Program-made: the position numbers and the translations under genes
Notes under the pieces: generated by a model
What the model was told of the DNA's origin: nothing
The model's database searches: none
What the model saw: only the letters and a program-made list of their open reading frames with translations
Assembly: GCA_031426555.1 (NCBI GenBank)
Contig: JANPLN010000036.1
Location: 1 to 64,000 of the forward strand
Length of the DNA: 64,000 bases
Source of the DNA: Bdellovibrionales bacterium
GTDB taxonomy: Bacteria; Bdellovibrionota; Bdellovibrionia; Bdellovibrionales; JAGQZY01
Direction of reading: 5' to 3'
Part shown: in pieces, positions 18,346-28,349 of the stretch
How positions within the stretch are numbered: position 1 is the first letter of the stretch
How the letters are laid out: each line of letters begins with the position of its first letter

Positions 18346-20994
18346 TTAAAAGAGTTTCTTTTTCTTTTTGGCGGTTTTCTCTACCTGTCGTCTCTGGTTG
18401 CGATTGGCCCGATCGTCTTCGTCGCTTTGAGAGCCCGAGGATAACGTCATTTTTTGCGGCTGCTTAGGGCGCAAAGCCTCTAAGATCTCGTCGCGAGCCT
18501 CTTCGGTATCCACGGATTCGTCGGGCCGCTGCTGTTCCATTACAACTTTAAGTTTCATAAACTTTTCGACCACGTCCGCGCGAACACGTTGATTCATTTC
18601 TTCAAAAGCCTGAAAGGTTTCCTTGCGGTATTCCATCAACGGATCTTTTTGGGCGTAGGCTTTTAAGTTCACCGATTCGCGGATGCGATCCACACGATAC
18701 AAATGCTCTTTCCAGTAATGATCAATGGCGCCCAGAAGGAGACTTCGCTGAATGTCATCAAACAGTTCGCCCATGATTCGCTTTTGTTCTTCGTACTTTT
18801 GCTGAACGGTGTTTTTTACCTTATTCAGCAAATCTTCGCCGGTGATTTTATCTTCAAAAGAAATCTCAACACCAAACTGCTTTTCAAACGCCACTGCCAA
18901 AGCCGGAAGGTCCCACTGCTGGCGCTTCACGTTTTCGTCGGCGTAAAGGTCGAGAAGATCCGACGTCACTTCGCCCATCATCTCTTTGATTTTTTCTTCA
19001 AACGTGGTGGCCCCAGTGCTATCTTCTTCGAGAAGGGCTCTGCGAACGGCGTAGACCTTAGTTCGTTGCAAGTTCATTACATCATCAAATTCAAGCAAGT
19101 GCTTGCGGATATCAAAGTTATGACCTTCGACTTTTCTTTGAGCACCCTCGATGGAACGAGTCACCATTCGCGCGGTCATGGGCTCGTCGTCTGGAATATT
19201 AAAGAGCGGACTGTCCATAATGCGCTTGATGCGATCGCCATTAAACTTGCGCATAAGATCGTCTTCGAGAGAGAGATAAAATCTGGTTCCGCCTGGATCC
19301 CCTTGGCGTCCCGAGCGACCGCGCAATTGGTTATCGATCCGGCGCGATTCGTGTCTCTCTGTGCCGACGATGTACAGACCACCGGCGCTCAGTACGCTTT
19401 TTTTCTCGGCGTCACACTGGGCTTTAAATTTTTCCACGGTTTGCTGATAGGCTTCGCTTTCGGTATCCACGCCAGCAGCCCGAGCCATAAATTCAGCGTT
19501 TCCGCCCAAAATAATATCTGTTCCACGACCGGCCATATTCGTAGCGATTGTCACCGCACCTGCGCGCCCGGCCTGAGCGATGATTTCCGCTTCTCTCTCG
19601 TGGTATTTCGCATTCAAAACGGTATGGGCCACATTTTTCTTTTTCAATTCCGAACTCAACAGTTCTGATTTTTCAATGCTCACGGTTCCTACCAAAACTG
19701 GTTGGCCCTTTTGTTTTCGCTCAACAACGTCGTTAATAATGGCGGAAAATTTTCCTTTTTCGCTTTTGTAAACAACGTCTTCAACATCTTTCCGAATCAT
19801 TGGCTTGTTGGTTGGGATCGTAGAAACATTGAGCTTATAAATTTTGCGAAATTCTTCGGCCTCAGTGTCGGCTGTTCCCGTCATGCCCGAAATCTTTTTG
19901 TACATTCGGAAATAATTTTGAAATGTGATGGAAGCCAAAGTCTGGCTTTCGTTTTTTATATGCACGCCCTCTTTAGCCTCCACAGCTTGGTGCAAACCAT
20001 CACTCCAGCGACGGCCCTCCATCAAGCGTCCGGTAAACTCATCGACAATGACGATTTCGTCGTCTTTAACCATGTAATCCACATCTCGCTTAAATAAGTG
20101 AATGGCTTTTAGCGACTGGTAGACGTGATGTAGTTTGTCAATGTGTTGTGGGTCGTAAAGATTTTCGATTCCCATCAACTGTTCAAGCTTGGTATTTCCT
20201 TCTTCGGAAATCGCCACGGAGCGGTTTTTTTCTTCGATGGTAAAATGCTCCTCGAGTTTCAAATGCTTCACAAAACCGTGAATCTCTTGGTAGATGCGAG
20301 TGTTGTCTTCAGCCGAGCCAGATATAATCAGTGGCGTGCGCGCCTCATCGATCAAGATAGAGTCGCACTCATCTACAATTGCAAAGTTTAAGTCGCGCTG
20401 GACATAATCAGAAAGTCGAAACTTCATGTTGTCGCGCAAGTAATCAAAACCGAGCTCGTTGTTCGTTGCATAGGTGATATCCGACCCGTAAGCTGCTTGT
20501 CGTTGAGCATCACTCAGATCGTGGACAATGATGCCTGTGCTCATGCCCATATAGCTATACAAACGACCCATCCACTCCGCATCGCGCTTAGCGAGGTAGT
20601 CGTTCACCGTTACAACGTGCACACCTTTTCCGCTCAGGGCATTTAAGTAAACCGGGAGTGTGGCGACGAGTGTTTTTCCTTCACCCGTACGCATTTCCGA
20701 AATGCCGCCCCTATGGAGCACGTGACCGCCGATCAATTGCACATCGTAGTGGCGCATTCCCAAACAGCGGCGACTGCTCTCTCGGCACATAGCAAACGCT
20801 TCGGGTAAAAGGGAATCTAAGCTTTCGCCTTTCGCAACTCGTTCCTTAAACTGGGAGGTCAGGCTTTTAAGCTCAGATTCTGAAAACGCTTTAAAGCGGT
20901 CTTCGAGTTTATTGATTTGATCGATGACCGGCTGAATGGTTTTCATCTCGCGGTCGTGCTTGGTGCCAATGATTTTTGCGATGATTTTTAACAT
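18346..20994 (-). CDS. secA: Preprotein translocase ATPase SecA
   Basis: MRTGEGKTL, VDECDSILIDEARTPL and QLRGRSGRQGDPG motifs. Confidence 0.98.
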   Translation of the reverse strand: MLKIIAKIIGTKHDREMKTIQPVIDQINKLEDRFKAFSESELKSLTSQFKERVAKGESLDSLLPEAFAMCRESSRRCLGMRHYDVQLIGGHVLHRGGISEMRTGEGKTLVATLPVYLNALSGKGVHVVTVNDYLAKRDAEWMGRLYSYMGMSTGIIVHDLSDAQRQAAYGSDITYATNNELGFDYLRDNMKFRLSDYVQRDLNFAIVDECDSILIDEARTPLIISGSAEDNTRIYQEIHGFVKHLKLEEHFTIEEKNRSVAISEEGNTKLEQLMGIENLYDPQHIDKLHHVYQSLKAIHLFKRDVDYMVKDDEIVIVDEFTGRLMEGRRWSDGLHQAVEAKEGVHIKNESQTLASITFQNYFRMYKKISGMTGTADTEAEEFRKIYKLNVSTIPTNKPMIRKDVEDVVYKSEKGKFSAIINDVVERKQKGQPVLVGTVSIEKSELLSSELKKKNVAHTVLNAKYHEREAEIIAQAGRAGAVTIATNMAGRGTDIILGGNAEFMARAAGVDTESEAYQQTVEKFKAQCDAEKKSVLSAGGLYIVGTERHESRRIDNQLRGRSGRQGDPGGTRFYLSLEDDLMRKFNGDRIKRIMDSPLFNIPDDEPMTARMVTRSIEGAQRKVEGHNFDIRKHLLEFDDVMNLQRTKVYAVRRALLEEDSTGATTFEEKIKEMMGEVTSDLLDLYADENVKRQQWDLPALAVAFEKQFGVEISFEDKITGEDLLNKVKNTVQQKYEEQKRIMGELFDDIQRSLLLGAIDHYWKEHLYRVDRIRESVNLKAYAQKDPLMEYRKETFQAFEEMNQRVRADVVEKFMKLKVVMEQQRPDESVDTEEARDEILEALRPKQPQKMTLSSGSQSDEDDRANRNQRRQVEKTAKKKKKLF

Positions 20995-21020
20995 AAGTCC
21001 CCAGTCTACCCATACTATTT

Positions 21021-21500
21021 TCAATAGGGTAGAGATTGTTTCGCTTTTCGATACGCCTCATAAACAGCAATGGCCACAGCGTTGGAAAGATTTAAACTCC
21101 GAACCGATCCGAGCATGGGAATGGTCACCAAGTTCTCTTGATTTTGCTCCAAGACCTCTGCAGAAAGACCGCGAGTTTCTGGACCAAAAACAAGGGCATC
21201 ACCTTGTTGAAAATTCACTTCAAAGAGCGACTTTTCAGTTTTTGTCGTGAAAAAATAACACTTCTTTTGGCTAAATGCATTTTGCCAATCTGGGTAGTTT
21301 TTATACTGAGTCAAGCTGAGGGTTTTCCAATAATCTAAACCCGCTCGTCGCACTTGCTTTTCCTTGAGCGAAAAGCCCAGCGGTTCGACAAGGTGCAAAT
21401 GGCAATTCATGGCCACACAGGTTCTGCCAATATTTCCTGTGTTATGGGGAATTTCGGGTTCCACGAGAACCACATGAAAAAGATCCGTCAAAGAAAACAA
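21021..21500 (-). CDS. trmL: tRNA (cytidine(34)-2'-O)-methyltransferase
   Basis: PEIPHNTGNI, RRAGLDYW, FGPETRGL and RSLNLS motifs. Confidence 0.95.
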   Translation of the reverse strand: MFSLTDLFHVVLVEPEIPHNTGNIGRTCVAMNCHLHLVEPLGFSLKEKQVRRAGLDYWKTLSLTQYKNYPDWQNAFSQKKCYFFTTKTEKSLFEVNFQQGDALVFGPETRGLSAEVLEQNQENLVTIPMLGSVRSLNLSNAVAIAVYEAYRKAKQSLPY

Positions 21501-22084
21501 CTCACTTCGGAGCCGAGATTGGTCAAGGCCAGCCTTCGCCCCTTGTCCACGATGAGCTCTTTCGAAATGAGTTCCCTAGCAATGGCCAAATCTATGGGAA
21601 CCACCTCGCGACCTTTGGTTTTCGATAATTTTTGAATATAAAGTTTTTGTCGATCCGTAAGCCCCGCAACCAATGTTGGCACAACGGCAGACTCGTTCAA
21701 CAGCTCTGGTTGAATCTCACCCGAGGTCATGAGAGTTTTTTCTGGGTTTAGACAGTAAGCATCAACAGACAGCTCCGCAAATTCTTCGTTATTGAGTCGA
21801 ACTCGATCTTTAACCACAAAGCTCTTTGCCGACATTTTTTCCAGACCGCAACCGTTCAGAGCGTCAAATAACGCCCACTGCGTCTCCGGTATATCCAATT
21901 GCACTAAAGTGCCTCGCACTAAGCGCTCCCCTTGATTCAAAATAAGGGAGAACCCACTTTGCAGTTGATAAAGGGAACCCTTGGCCATAGCAGGACGTGA
22001 TTGCCGAATAAAATTTTTAAAGCGGCCAAAGCAGGCTCCGCCTTCGTCGTAAACACCATAAAGAAAAAAGTTAAGTCCCACCAT
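21488..22084 (-). CDS. Gamma-glutamylcyclotransferase-like protein with C-terminal winged-helix-like tail
   Basis: N-terminal FFLYG and GSLYQL GGCT pattern; C-terminal IARELISKELIVDKGRRLALT. Start chosen at MVGLNFF. Confidence 0.65.
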   Translation of the reverse strand: MVGLNFFLYGVYDEGGACFGRFKNFIRQSRPAMAKGSLYQLQSGFSLILNQGERLVRGTLVQLDIPETQWALFDALNGCGLEKMSAKSFVVKDRVRLNNEEFAELSVDAYCLNPEKTLMTSGEIQPELLNESAVVPTLVAGLTDRQKLYIQKLSKTKGREVVPIDLAIARELISKELIVDKGRRLALTNLGSEVSCFL

Positions 22085-22177
22085 AGAGGGGCGTATATAA
22101 CAAAGATCCGATTTTACCGCAAACGACGCAGTCAACGCAGGAGGTGTTGACAATATTTTACCGGACCCGGTCTTCCT

Positions 22178-22556
<379 letters not shown>

Positions 22557-22588
22557 ATTTTTAAACCTTTCGAACCAAGGAGTTCTGA

Positions 22589-24001
22589 ATGACACCGCAA
22601 GAAAGTATTGATTACGCCCACAAGCAAGGCGCCCAAATGGTGGATCTCAAGTTCACCGATATGCTGGGTACATGGCAGCATCTTACAATTCCGCTTCACC
22701 AATTAAAAGATAGTATGTTTGAAGAAGGAATGGGCTTTGATGGCTCCTCTTGTCGTGGCTGGCGTGTGATCAACGAATCCGACATGGTGCTGATGCCTGA
22801 CCCAAGCACCGCAAAAATGGATCCGTTTGCAGAAATCCCAACCGTGTCGTTGTTGTGCGACGTTGTGATGCCCGAGACCTTAACTCCCTACGATCGCGAC
22901 CCCCGCCAGATCGCAAAAAAAGCTCTCGCTTATCTGAGCTCAACAGGTATCGCCGACACAGCTTATTTCGGCCCCGAAGCCGAGTTTTTTATCTTTGATG
23001 ACATTCGTTACAGCCAAACACAGTACGGTGGTTTTTATCAAATTGATTCGGAAGCCGGTGAGTGGAACAGTGGTCGCGAAGAAGGTGGTTCAAACCTTGG
23101 ATTCAAGCCGCGACACAAAGGTGGATATTTTGCAGCCATGCCCATGGACAACCTCCACGACATGCGCACAGAAATTTGCCTAGAGCTCGAAAAACTGGGC
23201 ATGATTGTCGAGCGCCATCACTACGAAGTGGCGTGTGCACAATGCGAAATCAATTATCAGTTTAACGAAATCGTGAAATCTGCCGATGATCTCCAGTGGT
23301 TTAAGTATGTTGTGAAAAACGTAGCTCGCCGTCACAACAAAACAGCAACGTTTATGCCGAAGCCTTTGTACGGTGACAACGGTTCTGGGCAGCACGTTCA
23401 TATGTCTTTGTGGAAAGGTGGAAAAAACTTATTTGCGGGAAATCAGTACGCGGGACTTTCAGAAACTGCCCTTTTCTTTGTTGGCGGAATTTTAAAACAC
23501 GCGCCATCGCTTTGTGGTTTTACCAATCCGATTACAAATTCCTACAAGCGTTTGGTGCCCGGCTTCGAAGCCCCCATTAAACTGGCTTACAGCTTTAAAA
23601 ATCGTTCTGCGGCGGTTCGTATTCCAAACACTGGCGACAATCCAAAATCAAAACGCATTGAATTCCGCACGCCAGATTCTGGTTCCAATCCGTATCTGTC
23701 ATTTGCGGCTTTGTTAATGGCGGGCATTGATGGAATTCAAAACCGAATTCATCCGGGTGATCCTTTAGATAAAGACATCTACGGCCTTCCACCGCAAGAA
23801 GCGGCAAAAGTGCCGTCGATTCCTGGAACTTTGGATCAAACCCTCAACAACCTTTCCCTGAAGCATGACTTCTTGTTAAAAGGCGAAGTGTTTAGCAAAG
23901 ACTTCATCGAAAATTGGATCACTTACAAAATGGAAAAGGAAGTGTTGCCAAATCAAATGCGCCCAACACCCTACGAATTCCACATGTACTACGACCTCTA
24001 A
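22589..24001 (+). CDS. glnA: Glutamine synthetase type I
   Basis: FDGSS, ATFMPKP, NSYKRLVPG and NRSA motifs; adenylylation-site Tyr (DIYGLP). Confidence 0.98.
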   Translation: MTPQESIDYAHKQGAQMVDLKFTDMLGTWQHLTIPLHQLKDSMFEEGMGFDGSSCRGWRVINESDMVLMPDPSTAKMDPFAEIPTVSLLCDVVMPETLTPYDRDPRQIAKKALAYLSSTGIADTAYFGPEAEFFIFDDIRYSQTQYGGFYQIDSEAGEWNSGREEGGSNLGFKPRHKGGYFAAMPMDNLHDMRTEICLELEKLGMIVERHHYEVACAQCEINYQFNEIVKSADDLQWFKYVVKNVARRHNKTATFMPKPLYGDNGSGQHVHMSLWKGGKNLFAGNQYAGLSETALFFVGGILKHAPSLCGFTNPITNSYKRLVPGFEAPIKLAYSFKNRSAAVRIPNTGDNPKSKRIEFRTPDSGSNPYLSFAALLMAGIDGIQNRIHPGDPLDKDIYGLPPQEAAKVPSIPGTLDQTLNNLSLKHDFLLKGEVFSKDFIENWITYKMEKEVLPNQMRPTPYEFHMYYDL

Positions 24002-24037
24002 AAGGTACGCCGTACCTTTTAGTTGAGACTTGCGTCA
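24000..24037. repeat. Dispersed 38-bp palindromic REP-like repeat, copy A
   Basis: AAAAGGTACGCCGTACCTTTT core; 35/38 identical to the reverse complement of 62627-62664. Confidence 0.8.
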
Positions 24038-24065
24038 AAAAGGCTGCTCAGTGAGTGGCCTTTTG
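24036..24065. terminator. Bidirectional intrinsic terminator after glnA
   Basis: AAAAAGGCTGCTCA-GTGAGTGGCCTTTT hairpin between convergent genes. Confidence 0.7.
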
Positions 24066-24404
24066 TTATTGATTGCCTACGTATTTTCGAGAAATCCGCT
24101 TCATAAGAATACGCTGCAGGAAAATACCCACGAAAAAAAGTCCCACGATAAGTGCGCTTAGGTTGAGTCTACTAATCATCCATCGATCCGAAACCAGAAA
24201 GTTTAAAAGTATTAGCGAAAAGATCCAATAGCCTGTCATGTTTCGATGGGATTCCAAAATAATTAACTTTTCGAACTCATCTGGAGACTTGGGTAGTTTA
24301 TGTATTTTATTGGCCGCTATAGTTGTTAAGAAAAAGACTCCGCCGCCTAAAATAAGTGGGATCAATAAAAATAAAAAAATAATCATGTCCTTGTCCGTAA
24401 ACAT
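24066..24404 (-). CDS. Small membrane protein (3 TM)
   Basis: Hydrophobic segments; 1 nt downstream of the XRE gene. Confidence 0.7.
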   Translation of the reverse strand: MFTDKDMIIFLFLLIPLILGGGVFFLTTIAANKIHKLPKSPDEFEKLIILESHRNMTGYWIFSLILLNFLVSDRWMISRLNLSALIVGLFFVGIFLQRILMKRISRKYVGNQ

Positions 24405-24405
24405 T

Positions 24406-24606
24406 TTAATCGCCTTTCTCTAATGCAAAAATATCTTCCACAGAAGTTCCCAATTCTCTCGCAATCTTTAATGCCAGAAGCACGGATGGCTTAAACATCC
24501 CGCTCTCGATGGCGTAGATTGTTTGTCGGCTCACACCACAGGCTTCGGCCAACTGATTTTGGTTGAGATTGAGTTTTTCTCGAAGAACTTTTACTTTTTG
24601 CTTCAC
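24406..24606 (-). CDS. XRE-family HTH transcriptional regulator
   Basis: QNQLAEACGVSRQTIYAIESG...PSVLLALKIA. Confidence 0.92.
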   Translation of the reverse strand: MKQKVKVLREKLNLNQNQLAEACGVSRQTIYAIESGMFKPSVLLALKIARELGTSVEDIFALEKGD

Positions 24607-24610
24607 AAAA

Positions 24611-24652
24611 GTAAAGTATACTTGTCGTTTTATTGGGTCAAGTATACTTTAC
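24611..24652 (-). promoter_or_regulatory. Two palindromic operators overlapping a leaderless promoter
   Basis: GTAAAGTATACTTGTC (24611-24626) and GTCAAGTATACTTTAC (24637-24652). Minus strand reads TTGACC-17-TACTTT-6-GTG. Confidence 0.75.
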
Positions 24653-24669
24653 ATAAAAATGGCAAAAGA

Positions 24670-25815
24670 CTACTTCTTTACAAGAACAGAGACCAATTCA
24701 ACGTGTGGAGTGTTAGGGAATTGATCCACTGGAAGGACTTCGCTGAGACGCCAATCCCTTTGAATCAGACCGCGGATATTCTGCGCCCATTGATAAGGCT
24801 CGCACGACACGTAAATAATTTTTTTAAGGTTCGGAAAGTTTTCCACATACTTTTCCAACAGATTGAATCCCTCACGAGGAGGATCTAGAAACATCAGCTC
24901 TGCAGACTTGACGTGCGAGGGCATGTGGGTCCACTGCGCAGGATTATACAAGTCCAAAGTAAAACCGCGAACGCCTTGCCAGCCCTGCGCTTGCAGATTT
25001 TGCACGGCCTGCTGGTCCATCTCTGCACTGAAAACCGCAGCAAAGTTTTCTTCCACAAAGACACGGGTAAAATTGCCCGAGCCCGCGAACAATTCTACAA
25101 CCGGCGTTTTTTTATTTTCGCTCCGAAGTTTCTGTTGCAACCAGGTTTTCATAAATTGATTTTGCTCGTCGTTGGCCTGACGGAATTCCCGGCGTTGATT
25201 TAAAATCACCGACGTCCCATCAACGTCCTCATCAATATCAATATAATTCCACAAATACGGCGGCTTTGGTTGCCAGTTTTGGTTTGGCAAGGACGTGCGA
25301 AGTTCTTTGAGAGTTTGACGATTTTTCTCTGTGAGAATCACACAGTTTTGCACGTCCGCAATCACTTTACTGCCAGGAGAAACATAACCTAGGCTTTTGC
25401 CATTTGTTTTAACTTGCGCGCGATTGCGATAACCCAACGTTTTGTGAGATCGCTGGATCGGTAAAACTTTTGTAAGCTCACTGAGAAGCTGATTTTTTTC
25501 CAGCAAATACTGGATTCGTTTTTGTTTATAAAAAAGTTGTGACTCGTAGTTGGCAATCATCCAAGAGCAGCCACCACAGAGGCCGTCCTGCCATCCTAGG
25601 TGTGGACATGCTGGCTCCTGCCGATCCGGCGATGGCACAGTTAATTGCGCAAGGCGAGCGGTGCCGTATTTTTTTTGTCGCGCTTCAACAATAAACTCAC
25701 CCTCATCGCCTGGCCACGCACCTCGCACGAAAAATACCATGCCCGAGGGGTGGTCTACAACGCCGTGTCCCTCAGACGAAATGTCGCGAATGCGCCCTTT
25801 GAAAATCTCTTGCAT
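24670..25815 (-). CDS. RlmD/TrmA-family RNA (uracil-5) methyltransferase
   Basis: TRAM domain; CPH...CGGC; ELFAGSGNF; DPPREG; YVSC; DQFPNTPHVE. Confidence 0.9.
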   Translation of the reverse strand: MQEIFKGRIRDISSEGHGVVDHPSGMVFFVRGAWPGDEGEFIVEARQKKYGTARLAQLTVPSPDRQEPACPHLGWQDGLCGGCSWMIANYESQLFYKQKRIQYLLEKNQLLSELTKVLPIQRSHKTLGYRNRAQVKTNGKSLGYVSPGSKVIADVQNCVILTEKNRQTLKELRTSLPNQNWQPKPPYLWNYIDIDEDVDGTSVILNQRREFRQANDEQNQFMKTWLQQKLRSENKKTPVVELFAGSGNFTRVFVEENFAAVFSAEMDQQAVQNLQAQGWQGVRGFTLDLYNPAQWTHMPSHVKSAELMFLDPPREGFNLLEKYVENFPNLKKIIYVSCEPYQWAQNIRGLIQRDWRLSEVLPVDQFPNTPHVELVSVLVKK

Positions 25816-25866
25816 GCCTCTTGTATAGTACGTTACCTCTGATCTGACATCAAAAAAGGGGAGATC

Positions 25867-26880
25867 ATGGAAGCTATTACATTTGACGATATATTATTGG
25901 TGCCTGGCTACAACCATCACATGTCTCGAAGAGACGTGGAAACCAAGGTCACCGACAAATCCAACAAACTCACTCTCGAGCTTCCCGTCATCTCCGCCAA
26001 TATGGATACCATCACCGAAAGTGAAATGGTCAATTTCATGGGAAAAAACGGAGCCATGGGGTCGCTCCATCGCTTTATGGACATCGAAAAAAACGTCGAA
26101 GAATTTAAAAAATGTAAATTTCCAACTTTTGTTTCTGTCGGAGTGAGTGAATATGAACTAAAAAGAGCGGTTGCTCTTGTTGAGGCTGGAGCCGATTATT
26201 TTTTAATCGATGTGGCCCACGCCCATGCCCAGTACGTGGGAAAACAAATTAAACATTTACGCGAAGTGATTAAAGACCGCTGTTTGGTTGCCGGCAACGT
26301 GGCCACCTACGCCGGCGCCGATTATCTCGCCGCTTGCGGTGCAGATATCATTAAAGTGGGAATCGGTGGAGGTTCTGCCTGCACGACCCGTATCAAAACA
26401 GGATTCGGCGTGCCCACATTGCAAAGTATTAAAGAATGTTCTCGAGTGGATCGTTCCATCATAGCTGATGGTGGTTTGCGCACTCCTGGAGATATTGTTA
26501 AAGCTCTCGCTTTCGGCGCTGATTTCGTGATGATCGGTGGAATGCTCTCGGGCACAACTCCAACTCCGGGCGCTGTTGAGACACTTGCAAATGGCGACCA
26601 AGTCAAATCCTACCGTGGAATGGCGTCGCTTGAAGCTGTTGAGGACCAATTTGGCTCCATGCCCGAGTGGAAAACTGCGGAAGGCGTGGCTTTCAAGGTA
26701 CCTTACCGCGACAACCACGAGTCCATCATGGCCGATATCCGTGGAGGTCTTCGCTCTGGGCTTACTTATGCCGGTGCAGTAAATGTGAAAGAGCTTCAAC
26801 GCAAACTCTCATACAATGTGATTACAGCAGCTTCGCAAAAAGAAAGCGGCGCCCACGGCCTCGACCGCGCCAAGCGCTAG
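25867..26880 (+). CDS. IMP dehydrogenase / GMP reductase family protein without CBS domains
   Basis: SANMDT, GIGGGSACTTR, IADGG and YRGMAS motifs. Confidence 0.9.
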   Translation: MEAITFDDILLVPGYNHHMSRRDVETKVTDKSNKLTLELPVISANMDTITESEMVNFMGKNGAMGSLHRFMDIEKNVEEFKKCKFPTFVSVGVSEYELKRAVALVEAGADYFLIDVAHAHAQYVGKQIKHLREVIKDRCLVAGNVATYAGADYLAACGADIIKVGIGGGSACTTRIKTGFGVPTLQSIKECSRVDRSIIADGGLRTPGDIVKALAFGADFVMIGGMLSGTTPTPGAVETLANGDQVKSYRGMASLEAVEDQFGSMPEWKTAEGVAFKVPYRDNHESIMADIRGGLRSGLTYAGAVNVKELQRKLSYNVITAASQKESGAHGLDRAKR

Positions 26881-28349
26881 GCCTGGCTAAAGGCTTTTCC
26901 GTCGAAGGAGACGATGGTGTCTTTGCCATCGAAACTTGTAGAGATATGCACGGGACGCTTCCAGATTTTATGTAAATTGCGAAGTGTTTCTTCCATGTAG
27001 TTCTGCTGCATTTCAACGCCCTCAAACAGGTGGCGTAGGAGTAACTCTCCGCGATTTTTATGATTGGCGTTTTCAACGTGGATAATGGGTTGCCCAAAAT
27101 TTGTTAGCTGAAACAATAACTGCTTTTTCACCGACGGAAACTGTCGAGTGTCCACCTCGTACTGCCCGGTTCTTTGGTTAAAGCGATAAACAAACATTTT
27201 GTTTTGTACACAAAACTCTTCAGTCAAAAATTCATCAATAAATGTTACGTCGTTGTAGTCGCGCCGTACTTGGAATATTTTTTCACGTCCTAAACCTAAT
27301 TTTTTATCCCAATTTTTACGCTCGGCGATATCATTACAATCGTTCCACTCTTTACCAAATTGACCTTTGTTCCAGCGCTCTTCTATGTTGCGAAATAATT
27401 CAATCCCAACTTTGTACGGATTAAAGCTCGTCGGTGACATAGCTAACGTTCCTGCACAAGCGTCTGCGTAATCAATCACTTCGCTATCGGCCAAAATCTT
27501 TTCAGTCATCATTTTGGAATGCCAATAAGAAGCCCAGCCCTCATTCATAATCTTAGTCATCCCTTGCGGCACATAGTAATAGGCTTCCGCGCGAACAATC
27601 GACAACACATCCTGTTGCCAATTTTTTAAGGGGGCATGATTCATCAAAAACAGGAGCACATCTCTCTCGGGACGCTCTGGGAACTTATTTCGTTCGTCCA
27701 CACCCTGTTCGTCGTGGTTCTCAGCACCCGCCCGAAATTTAGCCGCCGAACTAATATATTCGTCCAAAAACTCCTTACCACTCGTGAAAAGTGAAGTTTT
27801 TTGCTGCTCTTCAAGCTCTACAACATTGGATTTAAAAGTTGGCTTATACGGACTATAGCGATCAATTAAATTTTCGATGCTCAGACAATGATCAATAAAT
27901 TTTTCGACCTCGTCCAAACCATAACGATCGATGTAGCGGCGAATCCGCGTGGCATGATTGGCCATGGTGTCCATCATTTTGCGATCGGTGGGTTCGAACC
28001 ATTTGTTATTTTTAAAAAAATCGCAATGGCCATACATGTGCGCCATCACCAATTTTTGATCTACAAGCCGATTGCCTTCCATCAGGTAGGCGTAGCAAGG
28101 ATTGTTGTTAATCACCATTTCGTAAATTTTAGAAAGTCCATATTCGTAGCTTTTAGAGAGTCGCTCGTACTCCATGCCAAAGCGCCAGTGCGGATAACGC
28201 ACAGGAAATCCTCCGTAAGATGCAAACTGGCTCATTTGATCGTAATTAATGAGCTCAAAAATAGTCTCATAACAATCGAGACCAAAGTCCTCAGAAATTT
28301 TAAGAATTTTTAAACGTGCTTTTTCAAGCTCTGGCGTGAGATTGGCCAT
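26877..28349 (-). CDS. SpoVR family protein
   Basis: RYPHWRFG and TKIMNEGWASYWH motifs. Confidence 0.95.
   Translation of the reverse strand: MANLTPELEKARLKILKISEDFGLDCYETIFELINYDQMSQFASYGGFPVRYPHWRFGMEYERLSKSYEYGLSKIYEMVINNNPCYAYLMEGNRLVDQKLVMAHMYGHCDFFKNNKWFEPTDRKMMDTMANHATRIRRYIDRYGLDEVEKFIDHCLSIENLIDRYSPYKPTFKSNVVELEEQQKTSLFTSGKEFLDEYISSAAKFRAGAENHDEQGVDERNKFPERPERDVLLFLMNHAPLKNWQQDVLSIVRAEAYYYVPQGMTKIMNEGWASYWHSKMMTEKILADSEVIDYADACAGTLAMSPTSFNPYKVGIELFRNIEERWNKGQFGKEWNDCNDIAERKNWDKKLGLGREKIFQVRRDYNDVTFIDEFLTEEFCVQNKMFVYRFNQRTGQYEVDTRQFPSVKKQLLFQLTNFGQPIIHVENANHKNRGELLLRHLFEGVEMQQNYMEETLRNLHKIWKRPVHISTSFDGKDTIVSFDGKAFSQA

Noticed and set aside
18703..19668. 321-aa plus-strand ORF
   Set aside because: Antisense shadow of secA with no recognisable motifs.
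25867..26880. Gene symbol guaB or guaC
   Set aside because: IMPDH and GMP reductase cannot be distinguished from motifs by eye; needs a phylogeny.
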